From positions 20,749 to 84,748 of the forward strand of contig JAZSBR010000024.1 of the NCBI GenBank assembly GCA_045602545.1: a DNA stretch of 64,000 nt, written 5' to 3'. Source of the stretch: Alphaproteobacteria bacterium (GTDB lineage Bacteria > Pseudomonadota > Alphaproteobacteria > RF32 > CAG-239). The notes beneath the pieces are model-generated. The model was not told the DNA's origin, ran no database searches, and saw nothing but the letters and a program-made list of their open reading frames with translations. Below are positions 37,229 to 47,613 of the stretch, one piece after another (within the stretch, counting starts at the first letter, position 1; every line of letters begins with the position of its first letter). Both the position numbers and the translations under genes were made by a program.

Positions 37229-38065
37229 TTACAAACGCATCGCCTCGGCAAGCAACAGATATTGCTTAGGAGTAAGATTCTCGGCACGCAGGGTTGTTTT
37301 TATGTTTAATTCGTCGCAAATTTTTTCAAAATTTGGTATGCTCTTTAAGCTTTGGCGTATCATCTTTCGGCGCTGTCCGAATGCCATTTCGGTTATTTTT
37401 TCAACCTTTTTTAATGTTTCGGGCGCAATAATTTCCGACTTCGGGCGAAAAAGCAACACGCTTGACCAAATCTTGGGCGCCGGCACAAAACAATTCGGAT
37501 TCAAATCAAAAAGCTTGTCAATATGGTAAACCAATTGCGCTAAAACCGAAATTCTGCCATAACTTTTTGTGTTTGGCTCAGCCATGATTCTCTCGGCAAC
37601 TTCCTTTTGAAACATTAAGGTTAAACTGCTGTAATGCACGATATTTTTCAACCAGCCGATAAGTAACGGCACGGAAATATTATAGGGAAGGTTGCTGACA
37701 ATATGTTTTGGAAAATCAGTATGTTCCGTAAAGTCAAACTTCAAGGCGTCGCCCTCTATAATTTCAAGTTGTTTGCCGACTGTTGATTTTATTTCATTCA
37801 TAATCTCAATGCAACGCGAGTCCATTTCAATCACGGTCAAAAGATGAGGATTCGCCTTCAAAATTGCTCTGGTTAAGCCTCCGGGACCGGGGCCTATTTC
37901 ATAAACATTGGCTTTTGAAAAATCTTTTAAGCCTTGTAAAGCCAATGATGAGCGAATAATTTTGTCGGTAATGTTCATATCGAGCAAAAAATTCTGCCCC
38001 AGTGACTTTTTTGCCAAAAGTCCGTGAGCTTCAACCGTTTCTTTCAAACTCGGCAGTTCCGGCAT
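37229..38065 (-). CDS. rsmA: 16S rRNA (adenine1518/1519-N6)-dimethyltransferase RsmA/KsgA
   Basis: It has KSLGQNFL, the SAM motif EIGPGPGGLT, and NLPYNIS. Confidence 0.93.
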   Translation of the reverse strand: MPELPSLKETVEAHGLLAKKSLGQNFLLDMNITDKIIRSSLALQGLKDFSKANVYEIGPGPGGLTRAILKANPHLLTVIEMDSRCIEIMNEIKSTVGKQLEIIEGDALKFDFTEHTDFPKHIVSNLPYNISVPLLIGWLKNIVHYSSLTLMFQKEVAERIMAEPNTKSYGRISVLAQLVYHIDKLFDLNPNCFVPAPKIWSSVLLFRPKSEIIAPETLKKVEKITEMAFGQRRKMIRQSLKSIPNFEKICDELNIKTTLRAENLTPKQYLLLAEAMRL

Positions 38066-38068
38066 TTA

Positions 38069-39259
38069 TCAAACTTTCTTTTCAATCAAGGCGTGAGAAC
38101 GCAAATTTTGCAAATACTTGTTGGAATATTCTTCCAAACGCTTGTTCATCAGCATTTCTCTGATTTCATTGCGTGATGGCAAAGATTTTGCATCTCTTGC
38201 CGGATTAAAAATCTTTTCCAACTTTAAGATGTAATAATCATTCCCATAGGCAATCGGATTTGAAACCCCGCCTTCTTTAAGCTTCAAAACGGCATTTTCC
38301 AAAGTTTGCGGAAGCTGACCCTTAGTAACCCAACCGAGTCTTCCGCCGTTTTTGGCACTCGGGCTTTGTGAAAACTGCATCGCATAAAGCTCAAAACGCG
38401 GGTCCTGACGAAGATTCTGCGCCAATTCATTAAGACCTTTGGCATCTTTTTTGCTGACCACCAACTCAAGAAGCATAAATTTTTCTTTTTTCATGTCGTC
38501 TTTTATGCTTCCCAAGGCTTTTGTGATGTCATTCTCACCGACATTAGCCACACTATGAGCCTTTGAAGAAATCAATTTATTCCAAGCAATATCGGCAATG
38601 ATTTGGGCGCTCCAAACTTTTGCACTGACCTTTGCACTGTCAAGCATTGATTTTAATTGTCCGGGTTGCAAATTATTTCCTTGTTCAAAACGGCGCACGG
38701 CATCATTGACTTCTTTTTGCGAAACGGAAATGCCGTTTTTCTTAGCCTCTTGAATTTTCAACTTGTCATCAATGGCATTTTGCAAAACTTTTGAGGTAAT
38801 CATTTGTTTTGTTTGGGAATTGTATGGGATTCCGGTGGTCATGATGAAGGCATTGATATGGCTTTGCATATCGGCGCTTGTAATCGGATCGCCGTTGACA
38901 AGCGCATAAATTTTCAGCTGATTTCCGTATAGTGTTATCGGTCTTAATGCTTCAGCCGCACGTCTTTGAGCTTCTTGTTCGGCGCGTATGCGAGCCTCTT
39001 CTTCCGCTTGGCGACGCATCATTTCTTCTTGTTGTTTGCGCATTTTTATGGCATTTTCGCGGCGAACTTCAATTTCTTTCTTTTCCGCATCTGATAATTG
39101 GCGATATTCTTCGGCATTGCGACGAAACAATAAAGAGCCTGATGCTTGAGATTGTTCTCTGGCTTCGGCATCCATTTCCTGCAGATTAACTTCTTCTGCT
39201 TTTGCAAAATCAAGATTAAAGAAAATTGCCAAGACGATAATCAGCCAAATTTTTTTCAT
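38069..39259 (-). CDS. surA: SurA-like periplasmic chaperone / parvulin PPIase
   Basis: It has a signal peptide, a SurA_N-like region and a C-terminal parvulin motif (NGGRLGWVTKGQLPQTLENAV...GVSNPI). An unusual E/R/Q-rich coiled-coil insert lies near the N-terminus. Confidence 0.7.
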   Translation of the reverse strand: MKKIWLIIVLAIFFNLDFAKAEEVNLQEMDAEAREQSQASGSLLFRRNAEEYRQLSDAEKKEIEVRRENAIKMRKQQEEMMRRQAEEEARIRAEQEAQRRAAEALRPITLYGNQLKIYALVNGDPITSADMQSHINAFIMTTGIPYNSQTKQMITSKVLQNAIDDKLKIQEAKKNGISVSQKEVNDAVRRFEQGNNLQPGQLKSMLDSAKVSAKVWSAQIIADIAWNKLISSKAHSVANVGENDITKALGSIKDDMKKEKFMLLELVVSKKDAKGLNELAQNLRQDPRFELYAMQFSQSPSAKNGGRLGWVTKGQLPQTLENAVLKLKEGGVSNPIAYGNDYYILKLEKIFNPARDAKSLPSRNEIREMLMNKRLEEYSNKYLQNLRSHALIEKKV

Positions 39260-39275
39260 TTTTCATTCCTTTCGT

Positions 39276-41558
39276 TTAAGAGCCGAAACTGCCGATTGTT
39301 TTTAAGTAAAAGGTCATTGTAAACTCATAACCGTTGCTCAAATCCGGGTCACTGCTGTTGTATTTTTTAACAGAACTGATCCATTTTGTGCATTCATCTT
39401 CATAAATCACACTTCCGCCATGCTCCAATGACTTTTTGTCTTGCGAAGACAAATCCTGTAAATTATACACGGAAACGGTCCAATACTGGGATATTGCCGA
39501 GCTTAATGATAAATATAGTTCTTGTCGTTCGGAATACAAATCTTTATAATAAGAATTTCCTTTTAACAAGATATATGAAGAATAAAGCCTCATAAACTCA
39601 GGACCTACGGAAGCCCCGAGTTCGCTGTATTTTGTATCAAAATTGTCTTTATCAATACGAAAACGATAGTTCAAGTTCAGATATTCATTAGGTTCTGCGT
39701 TGATACGACCGACCAAATCGCTGAAATGAGAACCGTTTTCTTTATTAAGATTTTTCACAAAAGATGAATCCTTGTCTTCTTCATATGATTGCGCAATGAA
39801 TGCCGATGTGCGGCCCATAAAGTTATCATACGCACTCCAGCGCATTCCATAGCTGACACGGCTTCCGGTATCATTGCGGTCATAACCGGCATAACGGTCA
39901 AGGTCTAAAACGTTTGTATCATCAAAATAAACATCGGCACTGTCTTCATTAGGAATTTTATCAGGCTTATTTCCTCCTGATGGCGCAACCACGCCGACAA
40001 CAACCGGCTCAATAATGTGTCTTGAAGTTTCATTGGCTCTGACAAACGGCAGACGCCACTCTATGCCGGCTTGCGGGAAGAAACGTGTTGTAGTTCCCGT
40101 ATATGAATCATGATAATTGTTCGGCAAGTAGTGATACTTGTTGATATAATAAGCGTCCGATTTCATCGATGCCACAATGCGATATTTTTCACCGAAACGC
40201 GTTGTGAACGGCAATTCCCAAGCATTGATGGCTGTCATGCGCTGAGATTGTGAGCCGTCTTTACGATATACCGAAGCGGTGCCGAGATTGGTTTTGAAAT
40301 ATGAGCCGATGGAACTCGGGTCGGAATACATCTCAACATCAATAAGCGGAGCAACATAAGGTTTTTTGCGGTTGATTTCACTATAACGCTTGCCGTTTTC
40401 TCGGCGCAAATTATAACTCAATGTTTTGTAATAAAAGGCCTCAACTGAAGCATAATCACGCCCGCTGAAACGTTCAAACTGAATATTTGATTGCAACCAA
40501 GCATCATCTTTTTTCGCCTTATCAAGCTCTTTTAAGTATATGTAATCGGAAACATAATTCAAATCATATTTAAAGCGCCATTGTTCATTGATATCATACA
40601 AGCCCTGAGCCGTCAAATTACCGCGGTTGCGATTATTGTGTTTTTTGGAATCATTCATATAACTGCCGGAAATGCTTGTATAATTATTCACGAAATATTG
40701 TTGATATGAACCGTCATAAATTATGCCTTTGTCCGAAGAAAAATAAGGCGATAAAATAACATTTGTCTGGTCGTTCACCGCCCAAAAGTAACGCGGTTGA
40801 AAAAATACGCCGATATAGTTTGAATTACCGAATGACGGAGCCAATAAGCCTGAGCGCCTTTTAACCGTAGGGTCCGGATGAGTAAAAAACGGCGTATATA
40901 AAACCGGAACTCCGAAAACATTTAAGAATGCATCATTATAATGAACATTCTGTTCTTCTTCTTTGTGCTGAACTTTGCGCGCGCTCAATGACCAAACAGG
41001 TGATTTTCCCTCGCACATATCACAAGGAGTATAAACAACATCGTCCAATACTTTTGTCTGATTGCCTTTTTTTCTGAATGCTTTGGCAAATATATGAGAT
41101 TCGTCTTTAAGCACGACTTTTATATTTTCAATCGCGCCGGTGGAAAAATGATCTGCCAATATAATATCATCGCCATAAAGCACTGAGCCGTCCGCCGAAT
41201 AAAAGCGCACATTGCCTTTTGCTCTGATTGTGTCGGTGTTTTGATTATATTCAACGCGGTCTGTTAAAAGGCGCATGCCGTTATATTTTATTTCAACATT
41301 TCCTTTTGCCGTAATGATTTTGGAAGCAGAATCAGCCTCAACTTCATCGGCAACAAAATCAATCGGGGCATCTTCATCATCGGTTTCATTAAAATCGGCA
41401 ATATCGGTGATATTATGTTCAACAAACATTTCCGCATGAGGCTGATGAGCTTCTTTTCTGCTAACTTCTCCGGCTTCGCGCACGGCAAACGATGCCTTAT
41501 TCAGACAAAGCATATATACTGATAAAACACAAACCAGCTTCAATAAATTATGCTGCAT
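39276..41558 (-). CDS. lptD: LPS-assembly outer-membrane protein LptD
   Basis: An OstA-like N-terminal domain (ITAKGNVEIKYNGMRLLTDRVEYN) is followed by a large beta-barrel. It sits in the lptD-surA-rsmA synteny. Confidence 0.88.
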   Translation of the reverse strand: MQHNLLKLVCVLSVYMLCLNKASFAVREAGEVSRKEAHQPHAEMFVEHNITDIADFNETDDEDAPIDFVADEVEADSASKIITAKGNVEIKYNGMRLLTDRVEYNQNTDTIRAKGNVRFYSADGSVLYGDDIILADHFSTGAIENIKVVLKDESHIFAKAFRKKGNQTKVLDDVVYTPCDMCEGKSPVWSLSARKVQHKEEEQNVHYNDAFLNVFGVPVLYTPFFTHPDPTVKRRSGLLAPSFGNSNYIGVFFQPRYFWAVNDQTNVILSPYFSSDKGIIYDGSYQQYFVNNYTSISGSYMNDSKKHNNRNRGNLTAQGLYDINEQWRFKYDLNYVSDYIYLKELDKAKKDDAWLQSNIQFERFSGRDYASVEAFYYKTLSYNLRRENGKRYSEINRKKPYVAPLIDVEMYSDPSSIGSYFKTNLGTASVYRKDGSQSQRMTAINAWELPFTTRFGEKYRIVASMKSDAYYINKYHYLPNNYHDSYTGTTTRFFPQAGIEWRLPFVRANETSRHIIEPVVVGVVAPSGGNKPDKIPNEDSADVYFDDTNVLDLDRYAGYDRNDTGSRVSYGMRWSAYDNFMGRTSAFIAQSYEEDKDSSFVKNLNKENGSHFSDLVGRINAEPNEYLNLNYRFRIDKDNFDTKYSELGASVGPEFMRLYSSYILLKGNSYYKDLYSERQELYLSLSSAISQYWTVSVYNLQDLSSQDKKSLEHGGSVIYEDECTKWISSVKKYNSSDPDLSNGYEFTMTFYLKTIGSFGS

Positions 41559-42675
41559 TAAATTGCTCCTTTACGGATTTGTGGCGGAAAAATGCCGGAT
41601 TGTAAAACACTAACAGATATAAACAAGCGCATAACGGAACAAGGCAGTTTAAATAGAGCAAGCTTATGAAGTATAGCGAACGTCCTGCCAAATTTGTTAC
41701 GGCTAAATCTCCGCCCATAACCAAAATCATGCACAATACTTCCAAAGCTATAATTTTTGCCTGTCCGCGACGATTAAAGCTACTGATTAAAAGTCCGACG
41801 CAAGCCAATAAAGCGGAAATTAAATTATAAAAAGGATAAATCAGGCGCCTGTGACCTTCAACAATATTTTTGCGTTGTTGCTGTTCGCTGAAATCAGGAT
41901 TATTGCGAGAATTGAGTAGTTCTTTAAGGCTCAATTCACGGGCAGTTTGATTGCGTTTTCCGTGATTTTGTTCTATGTTAAAATCGGCTGAATAACGTGA
42001 AAAAGCCAGTGAATTAAATTGATATGTTTTTTTATTTAATTCCTGTCGAACTCCGTTAATAAACAAAATGCGCGAGCCGTTTTCACTTTTGATTATGCGT
42101 CCTTTTTCGGCGGTTAAGGTAACTTTTATATCGGGCTTTGATTCATCACTGACGAAAATTCCGCTAATGGAATCATCGGCTTCGTGCTTATCAATAAAGA
42201 TAGTCACTCCGCCTTTAATTTGCGTAAATTCTCCTTCTCGGAACGCCATTTGCGTCAGATTGTTCTTGATTTTCCACTCAAGCTCTTTGAAGTTTCGCTC
42301 TGCCGAAGGAATACCAAAGTTCATCACATAAATGTTGAAAACAGTGAGCAAAATGCCGAAATAAATTGCCGGCAAGGCATTTTTTGCCGGACTTATGCCG
42401 ACAGATTGCATAACCACCAATTCTCGGTCGGCAGTCAAGCGGTTATAGGTGAACAAAACCGCCACAAATGCCGCAATCGGCGATAAAATATTGAAAATTC
42501 TCGGCATTAAATAAGAAGTCATCTCGGCAAACAAATAAACCGGCAGGCCTTTTCTGGTCACTATTTCCACAAAGCGCAATGATTGAGTGAGCCAAAGCAT
42601 TGCCAATAAAGACATTGCCACGACCAAAAAGCCGATAAAAATCTGCTTAAAAATATATCTCGTCAATATTTTCAT
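41548..42675 (-). CDS. lptF: LPS export ABC transporter permease LptF
   Basis: It belongs to the YjgP/YjgQ family. The N-terminus MKILTRYIFKQI is the preferred start; the ORF could instead start at 42693. It overlaps the lptD start by 11 nt. Confidence 0.78.
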   Translation of the reverse strand: MKILTRYIFKQIFIGFLVVAMSLLAMLWLTQSLRFVEIVTRKGLPVYLFAEMTSYLMPRIFNILSPIAAFVAVLFTYNRLTADRELVVMQSVGISPAKNALPAIYFGILLTVFNIYVMNFGIPSAERNFKELEWKIKNNLTQMAFREGEFTQIKGGVTIFIDKHEADDSISGIFVSDESKPDIKVTLTAEKGRIIKSENGSRILFINGVRQELNKKTYQFNSLAFSRYSADFNIEQNHGKRNQTARELSLKELLNSRNNPDFSEQQQRKNIVEGHRRLIYPFYNLISALLACVGLLISSFNRRGQAKIIALEVLCMILVMGGDLAVTNLAGRSLYFISLLYLNCLVPLCACLYLLVFYNPAFFRHKSVKEQFNAA

Positions 42676-42796
42676 GAGGAGGATTATATACATAAATTCA
42701 GATAAGGAAACAGATTTTTACAAGATATACCACAAAATTTATAGTTGTTTTTTTCTGTTTCCGTAAAAAAATAAGCAAAAAAAATTTTTATTCCCC

Positions 42797-42825
42797 CTTG
42801 CGCAGGGAAAATGTTCTTCCTATAT
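42797..42825 (+). promoter_or_regulatory. Candidate sigma-32 (RpoH) heat-shock promoter of dnaK
   Basis: CTTGCGC-N14-TCCTATAT compares with the E. coli consensus CTTGAAA-N13-15-CCCCATNT and the alphaproteobacterial CTTG-N17/18-CYTATNT. It lies 40 nt upstream of the dnaK ATG. Confidence 0.5.
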
Positions 42826-42863
42826 CAACCCTTAGAAAGAATTTTTTGTTAAAGGAAAATAAA

Positions 42864-44774
42864 ATGAGTAAAGTTATTGGTATTGATTTAGGTACAACAA
42901 ACTCCTGCTTCGCCGTTATGGACGGCAAAGAAGCCAAAGTATTGGAAAATTCCGAAGGTGCAAGAACAACGCCTTCAATGGTGGCATTCACTGAAAATGA
43001 GCGCTTGGTCGGATATCCGGCAAAAAGACAAGCCGTTACAAATCCGGAAAATACACTTTTTGCCATTAAGCGCTTAATCGGTCGTCGCTATGATTCGCCG
43101 GAAGTTGCTAAGTTTAAGGAGCATTCTCCGTTCAAAATCATATCGGGCGAAAACGGTGATGCTTGGGTTGAAGCAAAAGGCGAAAAATTTGCTCCGTCAC
43201 AAATTTCGGCTATCGTATTGCAAAAAATCAAAGAATATGCCGAAAGTTATTTGGGTGAAAAGGTTGATAAAGCCGTTATTACCGTGCCGGCATATTTTAA
43301 CGATTCGCAACGTCAGGCCACTAAAGATGCCGGAAAAATCGCCGGTTTGGAAGTTTTGCGTATTATCAACGAGCCGACTGCCGCCGCACTTGCTTACGGT
43401 ATGGATAAAAATGCCAGCGGAACGATTGTTGTTTATGACTTGGGCGGTGGTACATTCGATGTTTCCATTTTGGAAATCGGTGACGGTGTGTTTGAAGTTA
43501 AGGCCACAAACGGTGATACGTTCTTGGGCGGTGAAGACTTTGACCAACGCGTTGTTAATTTCTTGGCTGATGAATTCCAAAAAGAAAACGGAATTGATTT
43601 AAGAGCCGACAGACTTGCTTTGCAACGTTTGAAAGAAGCTGCCGAAAAAGCCAAAATCGAGCTTTCATCAACCACTCAGACAGAAGTTAATTTGCCGTTT
43701 ATTACCGCTGATGCAACCGGCCCTAAACACTTAAACATCAAATTAACTCGTGCAAAACTTGAATCATTGGTTGAGGATTTGATTGCCAAAACTGAAATTC
43801 CGTGCCGTAAGGCTTTGGAAGATGCCGGCTTAAAACCGAGCGATATCAGCGAAGTTATTTTGGTCGGCGGTATGACACGTATGCCGAAAGTTCAGGAAAA
43901 AGTTAAAGAAATCTTCGGCAAAGAACCGCACAAGGGCGTTAACCCTGATGAGGTTGTGGCTGTTGGTGCCGCAATTCAGGGCGGTGTTTTGATGGGTGAT
44001 GTTAAAGATGTTCTTTTGCTTGATGTTACTCCGCTTTCACTCGGTATTGAAACTTTGGGCGGTGTGTTCACTCGTCTTATTGACCGCAACACAACCATTC
44101 CGACCAGAAAAAGCCAAGTTTTCTCAACTGCCGAAGACGGACAAACCGCGGTTACGATTCGTGTGTTCCAAGGCGAGCGTGAAATTGCCGCTCATAACAA
44201 GCTTTTGGGACAATTTGATTTGGTAGGTATTCCGCCGGCACCGCGTGGTATGCCTCAAATTGAAGTAACCTTTGATATTGATGCCAACGGTATTGTTAAT
44301 GTTTCGGCAAAAGATAAAGCCACCAACAAAGAGCAAGCTATTCGCATTCAGGCTTCCGGCGGTTTGAGTGATGATGAAATCAATAAGATGGTTAAAGATG
44401 CCGAAGCAAATGCTGAAGCCGATAAAAAGAAAAAAGAATTGGTTGAAGCCAAAAACCATGCCGAAGGTTTGATTCACGAAGTTGAAAAGAACTTAAAAGA
44501 ATTCGGCGATAAGGTTGCCGAGGCTGATAAGAGCGCCATCACATCTGCTGTTGAAGCTACTAAATCTGCTTTGGAAAAAGACGATTTGGAAGATATTAAA
44601 GCCAAAACCGACGCTTTAATGCAAGCTTCAATGAAGTTGGGTGAGGCGATGTATAAGTCGCAACAGGCTCAAGGCGCACAAGGTCAGGCTCAAGGTGCTG
44701 ATATGGGTGCTTCCGCTTCCGAAAACAAGGCTGACGAAAAAGTTGTTGATGCCGACTTTGAAGAAGTAAAATAA
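42864..44774 (+). CDS. dnaK: Molecular chaperone DnaK (Hsp70)
   Basis: It matches DnaK throughout: [20 protein letters not shown], and the C-terminal EEVK-type tail. The start is at 42864. Confidence 0.98.
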   Translation: MSKVIGIDLGTTNSCFAVMDGKEAKVLENSEGARTTPSMVAFTENERLVGYPAKRQAVTNPENTLFAIKRLIGRRYDSPEVAKFKEHSPFKIISGENGDAWVEAKGEKFAPSQISAIVLQKIKEYAESYLGEKVDKAVITVPAYFNDSQRQATKDAGKIAGLEVLRIINEPTAAALAYGMDKNASGTIVVYDLGGGTFDVSILEIGDGVFEVKATNGDTFLGGEDFDQRVVNFLADEFQKENGIDLRADRLALQRLKEAAEKAKIELSSTTQTEVNLPFITADATGPKHLNIKLTRAKLESLVEDLIAKTEIPCRKALEDAGLKPSDISEVILVGGMTRMPKVQEKVKEIFGKEPHKGVNPDEVVAVGAAIQGGVLMGDVKDVLLLDVTPLSLGIETLGGVFTRLIDRNTTIPTRKSQVFSTAEDGQTAVTIRVFQGEREIAAHNKLLGQFDLVGIPPAPRGMPQIEVTFDIDANGIVNVSAKDKATNKEQAIRIQASGGLSDDEINKMVKDAEANAEADKKKKELVEAKNHAEGLIHEVEKNLKEFGDKVAEADKSAITSAVEATKSALEKDDLEDIKAKTDALMQASMKLGEAMYKSQQAQGAQGQAQGADMGASASENKADEKVVDADFEEVK

Positions 44775-44797
44775 GTAAAAATTTATTTTCATATAAA

Positions 44798-44831
44798 GAA
44801 AACCCTTTTACTCTCAGGTAAAAGGGTTTTC
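44798..44831. terminator. Bidirectional intrinsic terminator after dnaK
   Basis: GAAAACCCTTTTAC-TCTCAG-GTAAAAGGGTTTTC has flanking A and T runs. Confidence 0.75.
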
Positions 44832-44838
44832 TTTCTTG

Positions 44839-45162
44839 TTACTGCTTAGGAAACAATTTCGGCTCTTGGCGCTTTATAGCATCCCAGCAGTCTTCTATAA
44901 ACTGCCACAGGTCGGCGCTTAAGGGGTTAAAGCACTTAAGCAGGTACATCCCTTGATTGTAGCCCCAAACCATTTCGGCATGAGCCAAAAGCTCCTCTTT
45001 CTGTTCTTCAGAGACATCAATGTTGAGATCTCTATAGAAACAGTAACTCGGGATGTCTCTTCTTGTCAAAGAATAACAGACTACATTACGATCTTCGTTG
45101 TAAATCAGTGTGACAACGGAATCCTTTGCAGCATAAACGCTGTTAATAATCACTTCCTTCAT
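44839..45162 (-). CDS. Hypothetical cytoplasmic protein (107 aa)
   Basis: The call rests on the ORF only. I recognise no motif. Confidence 0.45.
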   Translation of the reverse strand: MKEVIINSVYAAKDSVVTLIYNEDRNVVCYSLTRRDIPSYCFYRDLNIDVSEEQKEELLAHAEMVWGYNQGMYLLKCFNPLSADLWQFIEDCWDAIKRQEPKLFPKQ

Positions 45163-45305
45163 AATTCTTGGGTTTTAGTTAATAATAATGATTACTTAAA
45201 CATCTTTATACAAAAATAAAATTTATTTGTCAAGAAAAATATTTTAGTGTTCACTGCATTAAAACTTTCGGTGGTGGATTTTTTTATATAAGTACTTAAA
45301 TTTAA

Positions 45306-45333
45306 TTGACAATTTTTTTAACTCACATATAAT
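45306..45333 (+). promoter_or_regulatory. Consensus sigma-70 promoter (TTGACA-N16-TATAAT) for the XRE regulator/trmB unit
   Basis: Both hexamers are perfect. The promoter lies 36 nt upstream of the ATG at 45370, which has an AAGGTGA RBS. Confidence 0.6.
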
Positions 45334-45369
45334 TCAGACAATAAGAAGACTTACTATAAAGGTGATAAA

Positions 45370-45864
45370 ATGACCGGGACTGATGTCACACAAGAAAAAA
45401 ATTTGAAGGATGGGCTTAATCCGATTGATGTTCATATCGGCTCAAGAATTAAATTGCGCAGAAATATCTTACACTTGACGCAACAAAATTTGGCTGATTT
45501 GTTGGGACTGACTTTTCAACAGGTGCAAAAGTATGAAAAAGGGCTTAATCGTGTCGGCGCCGGACGGCTTTGGGATATCAGCCGTGTTTTGGATGTTTCA
45601 ATGGATTTCTTTTTTGAAGATATGAATGACGGATTGGCTGACTTCAATAATGGTGATTTGGTGATATCAAATAATATCAAAAAACGTTATTTGTCTGAGA
45701 ATCGTCGTTCACCTGGCGATGATCCGATGAACAAAAAAGAAACTTTGGAATTGGTCCGTGCCTATTATAAAATTTCAAACAGAAAAGTCGCAAAAGAATT
45801 GTTTAATCTTATGATTATGCTCTCAAAAAGCAATTCTGCCGAATCTGATACGGATGATAAATAA
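45370..45864 (+). CDS. XRE-family helix-turn-helix transcriptional regulator
   Basis: It contains the HTH_3 region IGSRIKLRRNILHLTQQNLADLLGLTFQQVQKYEKGLNRV. Confidence 0.85.
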   Translation: MTGTDVTQEKNLKDGLNPIDVHIGSRIKLRRNILHLTQQNLADLLGLTFQQVQKYEKGLNRVGAGRLWDISRVLDVSMDFFFEDMNDGLADFNNGDLVISNNIKKRYLSENRRSPGDDPMNKKETLELVRAYYKISNRKVAKELFNLMIMLSKSNSAESDTDDK

Positions 45865-46595
45865 TGATTGAAAATGAAAAGCCTAAGTTTTACGGGCGCA
45901 GAAAGGGCAGAACAATCCATAAAGCCAAGAGTTTTCTTCTTGAAAAATTTTTGCCGGATATTTTGATTTCTGCCGAACAGGGAAAAAATATAGAACAATA
46001 TTTTAAGGATAAAAAACAAAAATATTGCTTGGAAATAGGCTTTGGGGACGGAGCGCATTTGGCAGCAATCGCAAAAGCCCAACCTGATACCGGTTTTATC
46101 GGTGTTGAAGTTTTCAAAAACGGTGTGGCAAATCTGCTTTCGCTTATTACCGGTTTAACGGATTTGGCTGAAGGTGAACAAATAGAAAAGATTGAATTGT
46201 TGCCGGACAGAGTTGATAATATCAGAGTTTTTGATGATGATGTAAGGTTGCTTTTTTCTTCGCTTCCCGATGCTTGTTTTGATAAGGTGTTTTTACTTTT
46301 TCCTGACCCGTGGCCGAAGAAAAAACATGCTCAAAGGAGATTTGTTAATCAGCAAAACTTGAAAGAATTAGCCCGCTTGATTAAAAAGGGCGGAATATTG
46401 CAGATTGCCACCGACCATCAAATATATAAGCGTTGGACGATGGAACAGTTAAGGGATTGTCCTTATTTTGAATGGACGGCGAAAACCTCTGATGATTGGC
46501 GCAATCCTCCTGCTGATTGGTTTGAAACAAAATATCAACGCAAAGCCGTAAGGGAAGGGCGTAAACCTGTATTTTTTGAGTTTGTGCGCATATAG
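45864..46595 (+). CDS. trmB: tRNA (guanine46-N7)-methyltransferase TrmB
   Basis: It has LEIGFGDGAHL and LLFPDPWPKKKHAQRR. Confidence 0.9.
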   Translation: MIENEKPKFYGRRKGRTIHKAKSFLLEKFLPDILISAEQGKNIEQYFKDKKQKYCLEIGFGDGAHLAAIAKAQPDTGFIGVEVFKNGVANLLSLITGLTDLAEGEQIEKIELLPDRVDNIRVFDDDVRLLFSSLPDACFDKVFLLFPDPWPKKKHAQRRFVNQQNLKELARLIKKGGILQIATDHQIYKRWTMEQLRDCPYFEWTAKTSDDWRNPPADWFETKYQRKAVREGRKPVFFEFVRI

Positions 46596-46600
46596 CATGC

Positions 46601-46885
46601 TTATTTTATACCATTAAGAAGACAAGAAAGAGTTGTTTCGGAATTTAGCGGTAATGATAAAAAATGCGGCGAAAGTGAGTGCAAATAGTTTAGCATAAAC
46701 AGCCTAATAGCCGGTGTTAAGCCAAGACCTTTTGCCTTATGTTCGGCAATAAGGTTAAGCAAAGCATTCCGACGCATGTTTTCTCGCCGACAGATATTCT
46801 CAAGTGTCTGCCATTCGGCTTCACATAAGCGGATGCTGGTTCTTTTTCCGCATAAGATGATTACTCGTTTTGTAAATATTATCAT
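46601..46885 (-). CDS. Ribbon-helix-helix domain protein (RHH_4-like)
   Basis: RTSIRLCEAEWQTLENICRRENMRRNALLNLI resembles the alphaproteobacterial RHH_4 family. Confidence 0.55.
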   Translation of the reverse strand: MIIFTKRVIILCGKRTSIRLCEAEWQTLENICRRENMRRNALLNLIAEHKAKGLGLTPAIRLFMLNYLHSLSPHFLSLPLNSETTLSCLLNGIK

Positions 46886-47022
46886 ATAAATACTCTCTGT
46901 ATTGTGTTATAATTTTTTCGGTTATAACTGATTTTTTTATTGTTGCAATTAAATAATTTGAAAATCTTGACAATTGTGTCGAACCTGCTTTACAATAAAG
47001 CTAAATTTGAAAGGAAATAAAA

Positions 47023-47550
47023 ATGATTGTAACAAATACCAAAGCAGATGAGCAAAAACTTCAAAAAGCTGAAAAAATTATTTCAAATCTTCAAAAAGAG
47101 TTGAGGGATTATATCAAAAAAGGACACGGTCCGTTTTTGGCAGCCATTTATGATGAAAACGATAATTTGATAGCCAAGGAGGCAAACAGCGTTGTTTCTC
47201 AAAATTGCAGTCATAATCATGCAGAGATGAACACGATTAAATCGGCTGAAGAAAAGCTTAAAACCTATGATTTGTCGGCGCATAATCTTAAACTTTATGT
47301 AACGGCAGAGCCTTGCATTATGTGTTTGGGCGGAATTATGTGGTCAGGCATAAAAGAAGTTTATTATAGCGTCCCGTCAAAAAGAGTTGAAGAAATAACC
47401 GGATTTGATGAAGGATTTAAGCCTGATTGGCTTAATGAATTTGCCAAGCGCGGTATTATTGTTTATGGTAATATTGCCGTAGAAGAGGGCGAAAAAGTTC
47501 TGCACGAATATGTTGATTTGGGGCATAAAATATATAAACCTGAACGCTGA
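47023..47550 (+). CDS. Nucleoside/nucleotide deaminase (CDA zinc-binding fold)
   Basis: It has the HAEMNTI and PCIMCLGGI (H-A-E ... PCxxC) motifs. Confidence 0.8.
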   Translation: MIVTNTKADEQKLQKAEKIISNLQKELRDYIKKGHGPFLAAIYDENDNLIAKEANSVVSQNCSHNHAEMNTIKSAEEKLKTYDLSAHNLKLYVTAEPCIMCLGGIMWSGIKEVYYSVPSKRVEEITGFDEGFKPDWLNEFAKRGIIVYGNIAVEEGEKVLHEYVDLGHKIYKPER

Positions 47551-47565
47551 TTGATAAAAAAAACA

Positions 47566-47586
47566 CGCCGGATTTATTATCCGGCG
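47566..47586. terminator. Intrinsic terminator hairpin between the deaminase and convergent OMP genes
   Basis: CGCCGGAT-TTATT-ATCCGGCG is flanked by A8 upstream and TTTTTT downstream. Confidence 0.65.
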
Positions 47587-47613
47587 CAATTTTTTAAATA
47601 ATTTATGTTCAAC

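Noticed and set aside
37031-37309. A 92-aa plus-strand ORF in the rsmA-LRR spacer.
   Set aside because: It has a TTG start with no RBS, overlaps the rsmA 3' end in antisense, and has low-complexity content. The region is better explained as a structured minus-strand leader.
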